From Chrysochromulina tobinii (lineage: Eukaryota), in assembly GCA_001275005.1 (NCBI GenBank), contig JWZX01003296.1, forward strand, positions 1 through 38,872: DNA of 38,872 nt, written 5' to 3'. Of the stretch, positions 1 to 10,226 are shown one piece after another. The notes beneath the pieces are model-generated. The model saw only the letters and a program-made list of their open reading frames with translations, was not told the origin of the DNA and made no database searches. The position numbers and the translations under genes were made by a program. Position 1 is the stretch's first letter. Each line of letters opens with the position of its first letter.

Positions 1-781
1 TGAACGAGAGCTTCGACTTGCGGCCGTAGTCGACCGAGAGGCGCTCGAGGAGGAGCGCGCCGAGGCCGGAGCCGGTGCCACCGCCAACAGCGTTGAAGAG
101 GAGGAAGCCCTGGAGGCCGGTGCAGTTGTCCGCGAGCTTGCGGATGCGGTCGAGCACGAGGTCGACGATCTCCTTGCCGATCGTGTAGTGGCCACGGGCG
201 TAGTTGTTGGCCGCATCCTCCTTGCCGGAGATGAGCTGCTCCGGGTGGTACAGCTGGCGGTAGGTGCCGGTGCGGACCTCGTCGATCACGGTCGGCTCGA
301 GGTCGACGAAGACGGTGCGGGGCACGTGCTTGCCCGAGCCGGTCTCGGAGAAGAAGGTGTTGAAGGCGTCATCGCCGCCGCCAATCGTCTTGTCCGAGGG
401 CATCTGGCCGTCGGGCTGGATGCCGTGCTCCTGTTGACGGTGGCGCGCGTGCGAGGTGAGGTGAGACACGATTAGGCGAAATGGGAAGGAGGCGGGGACG
501 CGAAGTCGCGCTGGCTGGGGCGGCTGGGATACGGTAGTGTAGAAGGGGATCGCGAGGGGCCGACGCGATGCACGCGCGCTGGACGGTCGGGTGCTTCGCG
601 CAAGGATGTGCGCATAGGGGTTTGCGCGCGCGCGCAGGCCGGCGGGCCAACGCGCGCGCGCGCGAGGGTCGCGCGCGTGGGGTTCGAGAGCGCAGACACG
701 CACGAGGCAGTAGAGCTCCCAGCAGGCGTTGCCGCACTGCACACAGCACTGGCCCAGGTGGATCGAGATAACCTCACGCAT
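1..781 (-). CDS. TUBA: Alpha-tubulin, 5' part (exon 1 781..704, intron 703..431, exon 2 430..<1; runs off the window)
   Basis: Spliced translation [57 protein letters not shown]...[41 protein letters not shown]. Canonical GTGCGT donor and CAG acceptor keep the frame. Confidence 0.97.
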   Translation of the reverse strand, partial: MREVISIHLGQCCVQCGNACWELYCLVRVCALEPHARDPRARARWPAGLRARANPYAHILARSTRPSSARASRRPLAIPFYTTVSQPPQPARLRVPASFPFRLIVSHLTSHARHRQQEHGIQPDGQMPSDKTIGGGDDAFNTFFSETGSGKHVPRTVFVDLEPTVIDEVRTGTYRQLYHPEQLISGKEDAANNYARGHYTIGKEIVDLVLDRIRKLADNCTGLQGFLLFNAVGGGTGSGLGALLLERLSVDYGRKSKLSF

Positions 782-967
782 TTGTTCTTTCGGTTGGAGA
801 AGGAGTGGTGCACGTGCAACGTGCGGGACGAATTGGCTTTTTGTCAGGTTTTTGGCGCGGTGTAACTGTCTTGAACGGTTACACGACGGCGCCGAACTGA
901 GCACTGAAAAATCGCGGACGAGTCTTCAGACAACAGTCAAGCAAGCAAGCCAAGCACGCAAACAACA

Positions 968-1005
968 GTCAGTTCAATTGAAAAACGTCAGTTCAATTGA
1001 AAAAC
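968..1005. repeat. Tandem duplication of a 19-bp unit (gtcagttcaattgaaaaac x2) upstream of alpha-tubulin
   Basis: Two identical adjacent copies at 968-986 and 987-1005; each contains the palindrome ttcaattgaa. Confidence 0.85.
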
Positions 1006-1254
1006 CGAACGTGCCTGATGTCCCTTCCGCAAAAATTCCCGGAGCGACCGAATCATCGTCTCGTGGGTGAGAAGAGGACACTGAGAGAGAGGACTGAGCG
1101 AGTTTCGCGACCATAAAATGTACGGGTGTGTCTTATCGTGCACGGAGCGCAGCCGCCACGCAAGGGCGCTGGCGCCGCGCTGTGAGGGCGAGGTGCACAC
1201 CGCTGCGCTCTGGAGTCCGCCCAGCGCGGTGATAGGACCCTCGCGGGCCATAGA

Positions 1255-2010
1255 TCATACGTCGCCGCCGTTTTCGCCGGAGTACGTCATGTAAAGGAAG
1301 CCGTCATCCGCGCAGTGCTGGTCGTCGACAGCCTTCAGAGTGGCCACTGAGGGCGGAAGTGTGCCCGAGGCGACGAACAGGAAGATGTCCTGCTCGTCCC
1401 CGAGCTTGATCCGCTTGCGGATCACGTACGTGAACTGGCCGATGGTCAGGTCCGAGGGCACGAGGAACTTGCGCTTGTCCATGTCAGGCAACGAGGCGTC
1501 GCCCTCGCACTTTCGCACGATCACCGGGATGCGGTCGGGGTGCTTGGCGCGGATGGCGGCCGAGGATTGCGCCTCGAGGTCACCCGCATCGGCGGGCATG
1601 GCGCCGTCCCCGTCGCCGCCGCTGCACGGCGCGCCGTACGCACCAAAGACGTTTTCGCCGGAGTACGTCATGTAAAGGAAGCCGTCCTCCGCGCAGTGCT
1701 GGTCGTAGACAGCCTTCAGAGTGGCCACTGAGGATGGAAGGATGCCCGAGGGCTTGCCCGAGGGCGTGCCCGAGGCGACGAACAGGAAGATGGCCTGCTC
1801 GGGCGCGAGCTTGATCCGCTTGCGGATCACGTACATGAACTGGCCGATGGTCAGGTCCGAGGGCACGAGGAACTTGCGCTTGTCAATGTCAGGCAACGAG
1901 GCGTCGCCTTCGCGCTTGTGCACGATCACCGGGATGCGGTCGGGGTGCTTGGCGCGGATGGCGGCCGCGGAGGCCTTGCGCGCCTCGAGGTCACCCGCAT
2001 CGGCGGGCAT
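1255..2010 (-). CDS. ATG8: Tandem two-domain ATG8/GABARAP-family ubiquitin-like protein
   Basis: Two near-identical ATG8 units ([13 protein letters not shown]...[25 protein letters not shown]...IFLFV...[12 protein letters not shown]) in one 251-aa ORF. Unit 2 starts at 1599. Confidence 0.93.
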   Translation of the reverse strand: MPADAGDLEARKASAAAIRAKHPDRIPVIVHKREGDASLPDIDKRKFLVPSDLTIGQFMYVIRKRIKLAPEQAIFLFVASGTPSGKPSGILPSSVATLKAVYDQHCAEDGFLYMTYSGENVFGAYGAPCSGGDGDGAMPADAGDLEAQSSAAIRAKHPDRIPVIVRKCEGDASLPDMDKRKFLVPSDLTIGQFTYVIRKRIKLGDEQDIFLFVASGTLPPSVATLKAVDDQHCADDGFLYMTYSGENGGDV

Positions 2011-2291
2011 GGCGCTGGGTCAACTTTGGTTGCAGGCTTAGCTGCGCGCACGCGAAGCCCGCTCGGAGCTTTCCGGCCTCACCCTCGCCGCCTCGGGTTT
2101 ACTAAAAGAAAGCGCGCAAGGTGCGCAACGCAAGGCCAGGAAAAGGCGAACGGAACACGATGAACCTCGTTAGCGACGGAAGCTTTGAAGTGCACGGGTG
2201 TTGCTCCAGGATGTTTTCACGGAGGCAATAAGTCTTGGGAATCTTGTCGCAAATCTCGGCTTTGCTCTCCTTCCGATCGATTCTCTCCACC

Positions 2292-4120
2292 ATGGCCCTC
2301 ACCACAGTCGCTGTGGGCGCTCTCGCGGCCTTCGCGCCGCTTTCCGGCCTGCGCGCCGCGTCGCGCTCGGCCGTGTCGTCGGTCTCGATGTCCGCCGACG
2401 AGTACACCCTGGCCATCCTTGGCGACCTTCACGTAAGTGCTGCCCGCGAACGGATGGTTCAATGCACTGCTGCACGGATGGTTCAATGCACTGCTGCACG
2501 GATGGCTCACACGCTCGTGCGCCGCCCCCCGCGCAGCTGGACCCGCGCGATCTCGACCAGTCCTTCGAGGGCCGCGACCACTTCAAGAAGATCTTCGCCG
2601 AGACCAAGAGCAACAAGTTCGTCGTGTCGCTCGGCGACCTCGGTGAGTCAAAGGACTGCAGCGTGCCATGGGGCACCAAGGGCAGCGGCTCGCTGTTCGC
2701 GGGCACGACCGCGTGCTTCGAGCTGGCGCGCTCGTACCTGGACGGCTTCGACGTCCCCTTCGACGTCGTGGGCGGTAACCACGACCTCGAGGGCATCGAC
2801 GAGTTCAAGACCGATGAGGCGAACCTCAAGGTGTACCTCGAGAAGCTCGGCAAGAAGACGCCGCAGTTCTGCCACCAGGTGGCGGAGAAGACGCTGGTGG
2901 TCGGCCTTGGCTCGACGGTCTTCCGCTCGGCCGTGTACACCTCGCACGAGGTCGTCGTGGACCCCGAGCAGGTCAAGTGGTTCGAGGAGACCATCAAGGC
3001 TCACCCGGCGGAGGAGGGCTGGAAGATCTTTTGCTTCTCGCATGCGCCAATCATCGGCTCGGGGCTGCGCGTGCTGCAGGAGTGCCACGTAGTCAACGGC
3101 TGCTGCTGGCTCAACCACAACGACGGCCCCACCTCGCGCCGCTTCATCGAGATCGTGCGCGCCAACAAGTGCATCAAAGGTTGGTTCTCCGGCCATTTCC
3201 ACTTGTCGCACGATTATGAGGATTCGATGTCCTTCCCCGGCGGCAACAACCGCGGCGACTGCGTGTTCGCGCAGACGGCGGTGATGACGAAGCGCTCGAC
3301 GCGCGACGGGCGCCGCCAGTCCCGCATGGTGCGCGGCAACAAGGACGGCTTCGAGATCTGCACCGTCAACCATGCCAAGGGCGGCGAGGTCCGTGTGGAT
3401 GCGACGATCACTTACGGCAACGGCGGCACCGTGGCGGTGATGGCGCACCCGCACGAGGACCTGCAGCACGATGCTTTCTTCCGCGCGTACACGCCGCAGG
3501 AGGAGGATGGGTGCTACCTCGAGAACAACGGCGGCGTGCTCAACGAGGACGAGGACTGGAGCGAGAAGACTGTGTGCTGGTGGCACATGGGTGATGGCGC
3601 CGTCCTCGGAGTGCACGATGGCATGGTGATCGAGTACGACCCGACGACGCTCGCGCCCCTCGGCATGGTCGTCTCCAAGGATGAGCTCCTCGGGCGCAAG
3701 GTCGCCGTCATCGACTCGGGCCTCGAGTCGTGCAACGTCTTCGACGACGGTGCCGAGTGCGCGGAGCTTGGCCCCAAGGAACAAGCTCTCATCCTGTACG
3801 ATGACGAGACGAACGACGTGACCGTGATCCAGCCCAATGAGGACGGCTCGTATTGGCGCAAGATCGTCCGCAACAAGATGGTGCGCATGAAGGAGTCGCG
3901 CCGCGTCAAGGCCGCCAAAAAGTGGCTCGAGGCCAAGGTTGGCGCCGAGGCGGCGACCCAGGCGTCCGTCCTTTCGTCGTGGGGCCCGTACACGTCGACC
4001 ATCGGTCAGGTGTACAAGAAGAACGACCTCGCGCTGCCCGCCGTCTCGACCAAGGCGCTCGACTCGACCAACCGTGGCAAGACCATCCCGGTCGCCCCTA
4101 AGGCGGCCGCCTCGGCCTAA
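2292..4120 (+). CDS. Calcineurin-like metallophosphoesterase, probably plastid-targeted (exons 2292..2432, 2537..4120)
   Basis: GTAAGT...GCAG intron at 2433..2536 joins GDLH|LDPRDL in frame. Metallophos motifs GDLH, LGDLG, GGNHD, FSH and GHFH are present. The N-terminus MALTTVAVGALAAFAP... looks like a signal peptide, an ASAFAP-type motif and a Ser/Arg-rich transit peptide. Confidence 0.88.
2451..2506. repeat. Intronic 24-bp tandem repeat (cggatggttcaatgcactgctgca x2 plus a partial copy)
   Basis: Directly visible inside intron 2433..2536. Confidence 0.85.
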
Positions 4121-5078
4121 GAAGGCGGCTAGGCAGCCTGTCGCACGCATGCGTGCGTGCGACGGCGTGATGTTCGTGTGAGGCCCGCGCGGGCGCGCGC
4201 TGGAGATAGGGGCGCGCCGAGGGTGCATGCGGGGGCATCGAGAGACGTACACACACGGACGGACCGCGAGAGACGCGTCGAGGGGGCGCATGCGCGTGAG
4301 CTGGGGCCAGTGAGGTCACAGAGATCACGACACCCCCTCGACGACACATACGAGGATCAGCGGTGGTGCCGCCCGCACGAGCATTAGATAGAGAGGAGTC
4401 AGGAGAGTCTCCCCTGAGCCGAGATGTCCGCGACTCAAAAAAATTAACTCGGGGTTTGCAGCCCGTCGCCAGATCGGATCTTAGCCGCAGATCTTTGTGC
4501 GATCCCGTTCCGCTTGGGCACAGTCACACGGTCTCGGTCTCCGGGTGGTCGTGGGTTCTCGACTTGCGTGCCTTACCCGTGACGAGTTCGAATACCAGAG
4601 TCTGCGGTTGATCGTGCTTCTCGAACTCTTCGACGTCCTTGCACAGGGCAATGCCAACATGATGAGCTTGAGTGTGGAGGGCTTATAGAGCATGGTTATA
4701 ACTGAGTACGAGCACTGGTTGGTTGTCAGGCAGAGCCGACGGCGACGGATCTATCGGGTCAGACGATGCTGGCCACTGTATCTCGAACGCTACGTACCCC
4801 TCTTACCCGTTACCGGTCTCGGTGCCCGCCGAACAAGGCGGGTGGTTTCATGCAACTACGGTGGTTTCATATCAGGGGGCGTGTGTATCGCTCCGGGATG
4901 TGTATACCGCTCGAGTAGCGCGAAGCGGGGCGTGGGGATCCCCGGGGATCGTATAAAGAGGGTGGAGACGTATCACAACAAAGGCGAAGTGGCGAACGTG
5001 GGTGCGTTGGGTCCGCGCCCGGGTACACTAGTCATGTAACTGTCCCCCCGGTACGCGTGCCGTCGATACGTCCCCGGG

Positions 5079-5261
5079 GTGTCGAGGTCTGTCGAGGTTT
5101 GTCCGAGCTGTCGAGCTGTCGAGCTTACATGTACACCTTGAGCACGCCCAAGGCGCATGCACAGTCAGGGGGGTTTCTGTCGAGTAGCTGTCAAGGTCTG
5201 TCGAGTCGCTGTCGAGCTATCAAGAGCTATCCTGTCAAGTAGCTGTCGAGTTCCTGTCGAG
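5079..5261. repeat. Array of about a dozen same-orientation CTGTC(G/A)AG motifs, resembling a transposon subterminal repeat array
   Basis: Repeated ctgtcgag/ctgtcaag with short variable spacers, in an intergenic block of lower GC. Confidence 0.7.
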
Positions 5262-5502
5262 TCTGAGGCCAGGGCTCAACAGATGTGTGCGCGCGGCCTG
5301 CTTCGCTGAGTGACATGGAGTGAATGGGTTGTCCTTTTGTACGTTAGAAATTGAAATTTAATAGCCAATTGTGTACAGTAGAACAGCCTTGAACCATTCA
5401 CAGCTCTTTTGGGCCCATAAATGTTCCCACCATGAAGACGGAACACCAGCCCTGGCCTTGGGCCCCTAATATTAATTAAGCCTGCACGCCTCGCCTCGGC
5501 AA

Positions 5503-5981
5503 TAGGGGTGTCTAAGAGTTTCGCGAAATTTAGAGAAAAATTTGGCAGAGGCGCCGCAGGCGCCGAAATTTTTCGAAATTTGCCACACACCGCTCTCGCT
5601 CAAGTACAACGAGCGTGCTGTTGGCTGAACCTGAACCTCAATTCAACGTTTCAACCCCGGGGCGAGCGTAACAAAGGCTTTCAGAATCCCCCCCTCACAG
5701 AGGTCAGAGCCGGGTACTGTCTACTGACGTACTGTAATGGTCTGGTAAAATAGTGACATTGTTATAGTGTGTGCCGCGCTGAGTCGTGAGTGCGTGTGGG
5801 TGGGGTTGTCCCTGCGTATTGCTCACCGCAGTACGAATTGATCCGGGGTGAAATCCACGAAATTTGCCATAGCTGGAGCGAAGTGAAAAAACGAAATTTT
5901 ATTGAAATTTGACACACACGATTCGAAATTATGGCCTCGAAATTTCCTATGGCAGCCATTCGAAACTCTTAGACACCCCAA
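5503..5981. mobile_element. Non-autonomous hAT-like DNA transposon (MITE), 479 bp
   Basis: Perfect 19-bp inverted repeat ggggtgtctaagagtttcg (5505-5523) / cgaaactcttagacacccc (5961-5979), extending to TAGGGG...CCCCAA ends. Exact 8-bp target-site duplication ctcggcaa at 5495-5502 and 5982-5989. Subterminal cgaaatt motifs near both ends; no transposase ORF. Confidence 0.9.
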
Positions 5982-6632
5982 CTCGGCAAATTGACGTGAC
6001 TTTTTTGCTTGCTTGCTGGAATCCCACGGAATCACTAGTATGGAATCCAGCAAGAACCGGGAACGATTCCTTTCGATTTTCAAACCAAAGTACCAAACCT
6101 CGATCCAAAATAATTTAAGGGACTCCAACCAATTACCGAATTTGGAGATCGCGATTTGGGCGCACCTCATTCGGTCGACACGCTGCAGGCCATCCCTGCT
6201 GGCCGGCAAAAACGTTGCACTCACCAAGAAATCAAATGATCCATCCGGAGCAGCTCGGTGAGGCTTACCCCGTCCAATGGGACACGTCCATGCAGTCCAC
6301 AAGGATCCTTCGCCCGAGCGCATGGCAAAACACCGTGCGCGCGGTCGAGCCGGAGGTGCTCCTGCAACCTCCCTTCAAGAAGATCAAGGAGCACCACCAG
6401 CTGCAGCCGCTCGAGCATGCGCTTACGGCCGTCAGTGGCTTCGTCCACACCTCGGTCTGGGATCCACAAAATGACACGGCCACGTTGGTGAGTTCTGAAT
6501 ATACGTTCTGCGCCGCTCCCCGACTCAGACCTCCCGCACGTGTGCGTATTGGCTTCGATGCGCGCGACCCGTGCGCCGCTCCCCATATTCGACCTCTGGC
6601 ACACTAGATCGAGGAGCGAATTGGAACCACAG

Positions 6633-6682
6633 CACATGCACATGACATGCACATGCACATGCACATGCACATGAATATGCAT
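6633..6682. repeat. (CACATG)n minisatellite
   Basis: cacatgcacatgacatgcacatgcacatgcacatgcacatgaatatgcat. Confidence 0.85.
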
Positions 6683-7543
6683 ACCTGCAGCAATAAGTGT
6701 CTCCTCCATTAAGACGAGGTCGTTTGTTGGTCGGGTGGGGGCCAGAGTAGTTGTTGTTTAAATGTGCGATACGGCGCTCGGCGGTACGGGCTAGCGCACC
6801 GCGGAATCACGTAATACCTAACACATTCGCGATCGGATGTCGCGCCGGCCGTGAGGCGCGACCACAGTACTCAGTCGAGTCGCCGCGGGCCGTTAACTAA
6901 GGCTTAACGCCGGGCGCGCCCAAGCATGCCGTGGAGGTGTGCATGGCGGCGCCGGTAGGCGCGTAGCTACCGCCGCCCCGGCCGGCCGGGGGCTCGGCGC
7001 GTCGCCGGGCGGAGATACCCGGTCTCGCGGCCGAAGCCCCCGGGACCTCGGACCAATGCCTCGGACCCGGACCACCGACTGAATTGTCAAGGTGAATTGT
7101 TCGACCACTCGAACGTCTGAGCTCGCTCCGGCGCCCTCCCGTGAGCCGCTGCGCGCCACGAAGCGGCCACCGCGGAGCCATTGCGCAGAGCGACACTCAG
7201 GTCGAGGAGGCCATCCAAGCCATCCTCTCCGCCAAACCCGCGCCCAGACGTCAGAGTCGGCGCGGGAAGCCTAGAGTCGCGCACTCGTCACTTTCTGAGG
7301 CTCTCCGAACGCAAAGCGGCACGTCAACTATCAAACCACGTAGACCGTACCCTGACCGAACCACGAATGCCACGTCCGCGCGCGCGGCGTGTGGCGGCTC
7401 GGCTGCCGACATGGGAATGCACACCGATGTTCGAGGGCGTGTGTGCCCAACCCTCTCCGCGCTCTCCCCCTCTCGCGCGTCTTGCGCAAGGCGCCCACTC
7501 AAAGTCGCGCGTGCTCAGTGCGCCGCGCCGTCCCGGCAAGCAG

Positions 7544-8320
7544 TCATGCCTTTTTGGCATTGGCGATGGCGGCGACGATCTCAGCGAATTCGGACTTGAG
7601 AGAGGCACCACCGACGAGGAAGCCATCGACATCGGGGCACGCCGAGAGCTGGGGCGCGTTTGCGGCGGTCGCGGAGCCGCCGTACTGGATGCGGATCGCC
7701 TCCGCCGTCGCCGGGTCCTTGTTCTCGGCGATCCACTTGCGCAGGGCCGCATGCGTTTCCTGGGCCTGCTCGGGCGACGCGGTCACGCCTGTGCCGATGG
7801 ACCAGACGGGCTCGTAGGCGATGACGAGCTTCTCCGCGTCCATGAGCGGGAGGAAGGGCTTGAGCTGCTGCACGCAATACTCCAGCACAGCCTCGATGCC
7901 CTTCTCGCGGATGGAGAGTGGCTCGCCGATGGCGTACACGCACTTCATACCCTTCGAGTACAGGTACTCGCACTTCGCGGCGAGGAGCGCGGAGCTCTCA
8001 GGGGGCGTGGGCAGGCCGAACTCGCCACGGCGCTCCGAGTGGCCGATCAGGCACCACTTGAGCCCCATGTCCACCATCTGGTCCGCGGCCATCTCGCCGG
8101 TGAAGGCGCCGCAGCCCTTGAAGTTGCAGTTCTGCGGAGTGCACCAGACGCCCTCCTTGAACTTCGTGTACACGATGCCGACGTGGAGGTTCGACGGGCA
8201 CACGTAGACATCGCAGTCAGTCGTGTCGCACGCGTTGATGTTCGCCACCAAACCATCGAGCTTCGAGACCTCAACCGGGTTGCACTTCCAGTTGCCACCA
8301 ACAATGGGACGGCGCGGCAT
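7544..8320 (-). CDS. TPI: Triosephosphate isomerase (intronless, 258 aa from MPRRPIVGGNWK)
   Basis: Catalytic and signature motifs GGNWK, GHSERR, AYEPVWSIGTG, IQYGGS and GFLVGGASL. Confidence 0.97.
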   Translation of the reverse strand: MPRRPIVGGNWKCNPVEVSKLDGLVANINACDTTDCDVYVCPSNLHVGIVYTKFKEGVWCTPQNCNFKGCGAFTGEMAADQMVDMGLKWCLIGHSERRGEFGLPTPPESSALLAAKCEYLYSKGMKCVYAIGEPLSIREKGIEAVLEYCVQQLKPFLPLMDAEKLVIAYEPVWSIGTGVTASPEQAQETHAALRKWIAENKDPATAEAIRIQYGGSATAANAPQLSACPDVDGFLVGGASLKSEFAEIVAAIANAKKA

Positions 8321-8718
8321 CTTGTGATGTGTTTGGCTGCTGCGCGGCGAAGAGGCGAAACAGCGCACATGACGTCAGTGCCACACCTCGGATTGCGCGC
8401 GCGTGTGCGAGGGCGGCGCTCGCCCCGAGCGTGAGGCGACGTGTCGTGCGTGGCGAAGCACATGGAACTCACACGACACGGAGATCGCGTGAGCTTGTCT
8501 TCGCTCGCAACACGTGGCAGCGCACAACTTCAAACCTCGTGGCTGGTTGCTGTCCTATAAAGCACGCTGTTCATGTCATGATGTGCCGGAACCCATTTTC
8601 CGCCGCGTCTGCCTTGCCAAAAATGGGTTCACCTCGGTCTTAGGAAAGACTCGTCACCCACGCTGCCCACCGAGGCTGCGGCCCTGGGTGCCAGCATTGG
8701 GCTGACTCGTTTGCTAGA

Positions 8719-9738
8719 ATGGCGTGGTGCTTTCAAACACGCGACACCAAGGACAGATCCAGGTCATTCGAACCGTTGTGGGTTTACGACCTCGTCAAGC
8801 ATGTGAAGACGGGCGATCTCATCCTCACCTCGAACAAGGACTTGGGAGCGAAGATCATCCAATTCTTCACAGCGACAGATTGGAACCATGTGGGGATCAT
8901 CGTGAAGCCGTCTCCAAACAAGGCCTATCTAGTCGAGTGGGGCGGCGGGTTGTTTGTGTCGGAGCTCGTTGAGCGTCTAGAGGAGTACGCTGAGTGGGAC
9001 ACGGTCGATCTCGTGCTGCGATCGCTCAGCTTCGAAGAGGGCAGCACGGATAACCGCAGGGTCGTCGAGGACCGCATGGAGAAGTTTCTCGACATGCTTT
9101 TCCGTGAGAGCAAGGGTTCCAATCGGGGCATCCCCCTGGGTGACGTGCTCCGGGCCGCCCGCGACCAGTACTCGACCTGGACCGAGAGGAGCGACGCGAT
9201 CGTGGTCGACGACCTCGATGTGCTCTTCTGCAGCAAGACGGTGGCCGTGGCGTACAAGGCAGCGGGGCTACTCGCGCCGAGCCGCAAGGCGAGCCGTTTC
9301 GTGCCAAAGCACTTTGCGTCCGAGTCGGACAAGTACCTCGACCTGCAGGCCGGCGCCCGACTGGGTCCTGAGCAGCGCATTACCTTTGAGTCTCGTCAGC
9401 TCAAGGACGCCATTCACAACCTGCTCAACATGCCGCTCATCGGGGTGGTGACGCGCCCCTTCACAGCGCATGCGATGCGCGAGGGCAAGGCGGCGCAGCT
9501 CGTCCAGAGGTTTGTGCGCAAGCTTGCCGCGCGTCGCGAGCTAACACGCCGAAGGGCTGTGGGCAAAGCGAAGTCGACCAAGCTCTACGTGAACGCTGAG
9601 GACCACGGTACGCGGAAGCGCGCGCAGCTGCTGCAGCAGGAGGCGAAGAAGCCGCACAATACGCCCAAGGACACGCTGCACTCGTCGTGGCATGGAGTGG
9701 AGGTGCGAGCTCAAAGCACTGGCGAGCTCCTGCTTTGA
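8719..9738 (+). CDS. Permuted papain-like NlpC/P60 (YiiX/YebB-like, C92-type) enzyme with a C-terminal IQ-like motif
   Basis: VKTGDLILT...WNHVGII (His first) and LFCSKTVAVAYKAAGLL...FVPKHF (Cys later) give the permuted catalytic order. IQ-like AAQLVQRFVRKLAARR follows. Confidence 0.75.
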   Translation: MAWCFQTRDTKDRSRSFEPLWVYDLVKHVKTGDLILTSNKDLGAKIIQFFTATDWNHVGIIVKPSPNKAYLVEWGGGLFVSELVERLEEYAEWDTVDLVLRSLSFEEGSTDNRRVVEDRMEKFLDMLFRESKGSNRGIPLGDVLRAARDQYSTWTERSDAIVVDDLDVLFCSKTVAVAYKAAGLLAPSRKASRFVPKHFASESDKYLDLQAGARLGPEQRITFESRQLKDAIHNLLNMPLIGVVTRPFTAHAMREGKAAQLVQRFVRKLAARRELTRRRAVGKAKSTKLYVNAEDHGTRKRAQLLQQEAKKPHNTPKDTLHSSWHGVEVRAQSTGELLL

Positions 9739-10226
9739 GGGCTAGCTAGACCGGACTAACATGTGAGAAGCTGGTCGTTCTACAAAAATAGCCCGCGGGG
9801 CGGGGCTCATTTCGTTTTACATCGAGAGACGCGCCCGTGATCGCCCCAGAGCTGCGGAGGTGGGCACGTTGGCTACAAGTACAAGCGCGTCATCCGTTCC
9901 ATCTCGACCACAACCGCACACAACTGTGCGTGATGGTTCCATCGGCCAGCGCCCCTCCCGCCCTTACATTACGAGACATGCTACATCGTTCAGGCATCCC
10001 TCACTACCTGCCTCGCACGCTGAACGGAATCCGGATTGCACAAACACCACCACCACCACCGTCCGCAGCCGGCGCCAGCCGCTCCGGATTGCGACACTCA
10101 ACGCCCCCACTCGAGCCACTAACCACAGTCCAACCACCCCCCCTGATCAGCAGGCGCGCTCCCCACGCGCATCACTGCCGCCTGTGCTCCCGAGCTTGCT
10201 CCAAGCGTCTTTGATGCCCGTCGCTG

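Noticed and set aside
2648..4291. Long antisense ORFs here and at 7181..8434, 31532..32821, 23858..24991 and 36205..37296
   Set aside because: These are shadow frames of real genes, expected at high GC3, with no recognisable motifs.
6012..6054. Hairpin cttgctggaatcc / ggaatccagcaag
   Set aside because: The inverted repeat is real (12 of 13 pairs) but short, with no TSD, tRNA/ncRNA features or other support for a function.
10075..10110. LRIATLN peptide resembling the start of a LINE endonuclease
   Set aside because: Only seven residues match; no further endonuclease or reverse transcriptase motifs follow.
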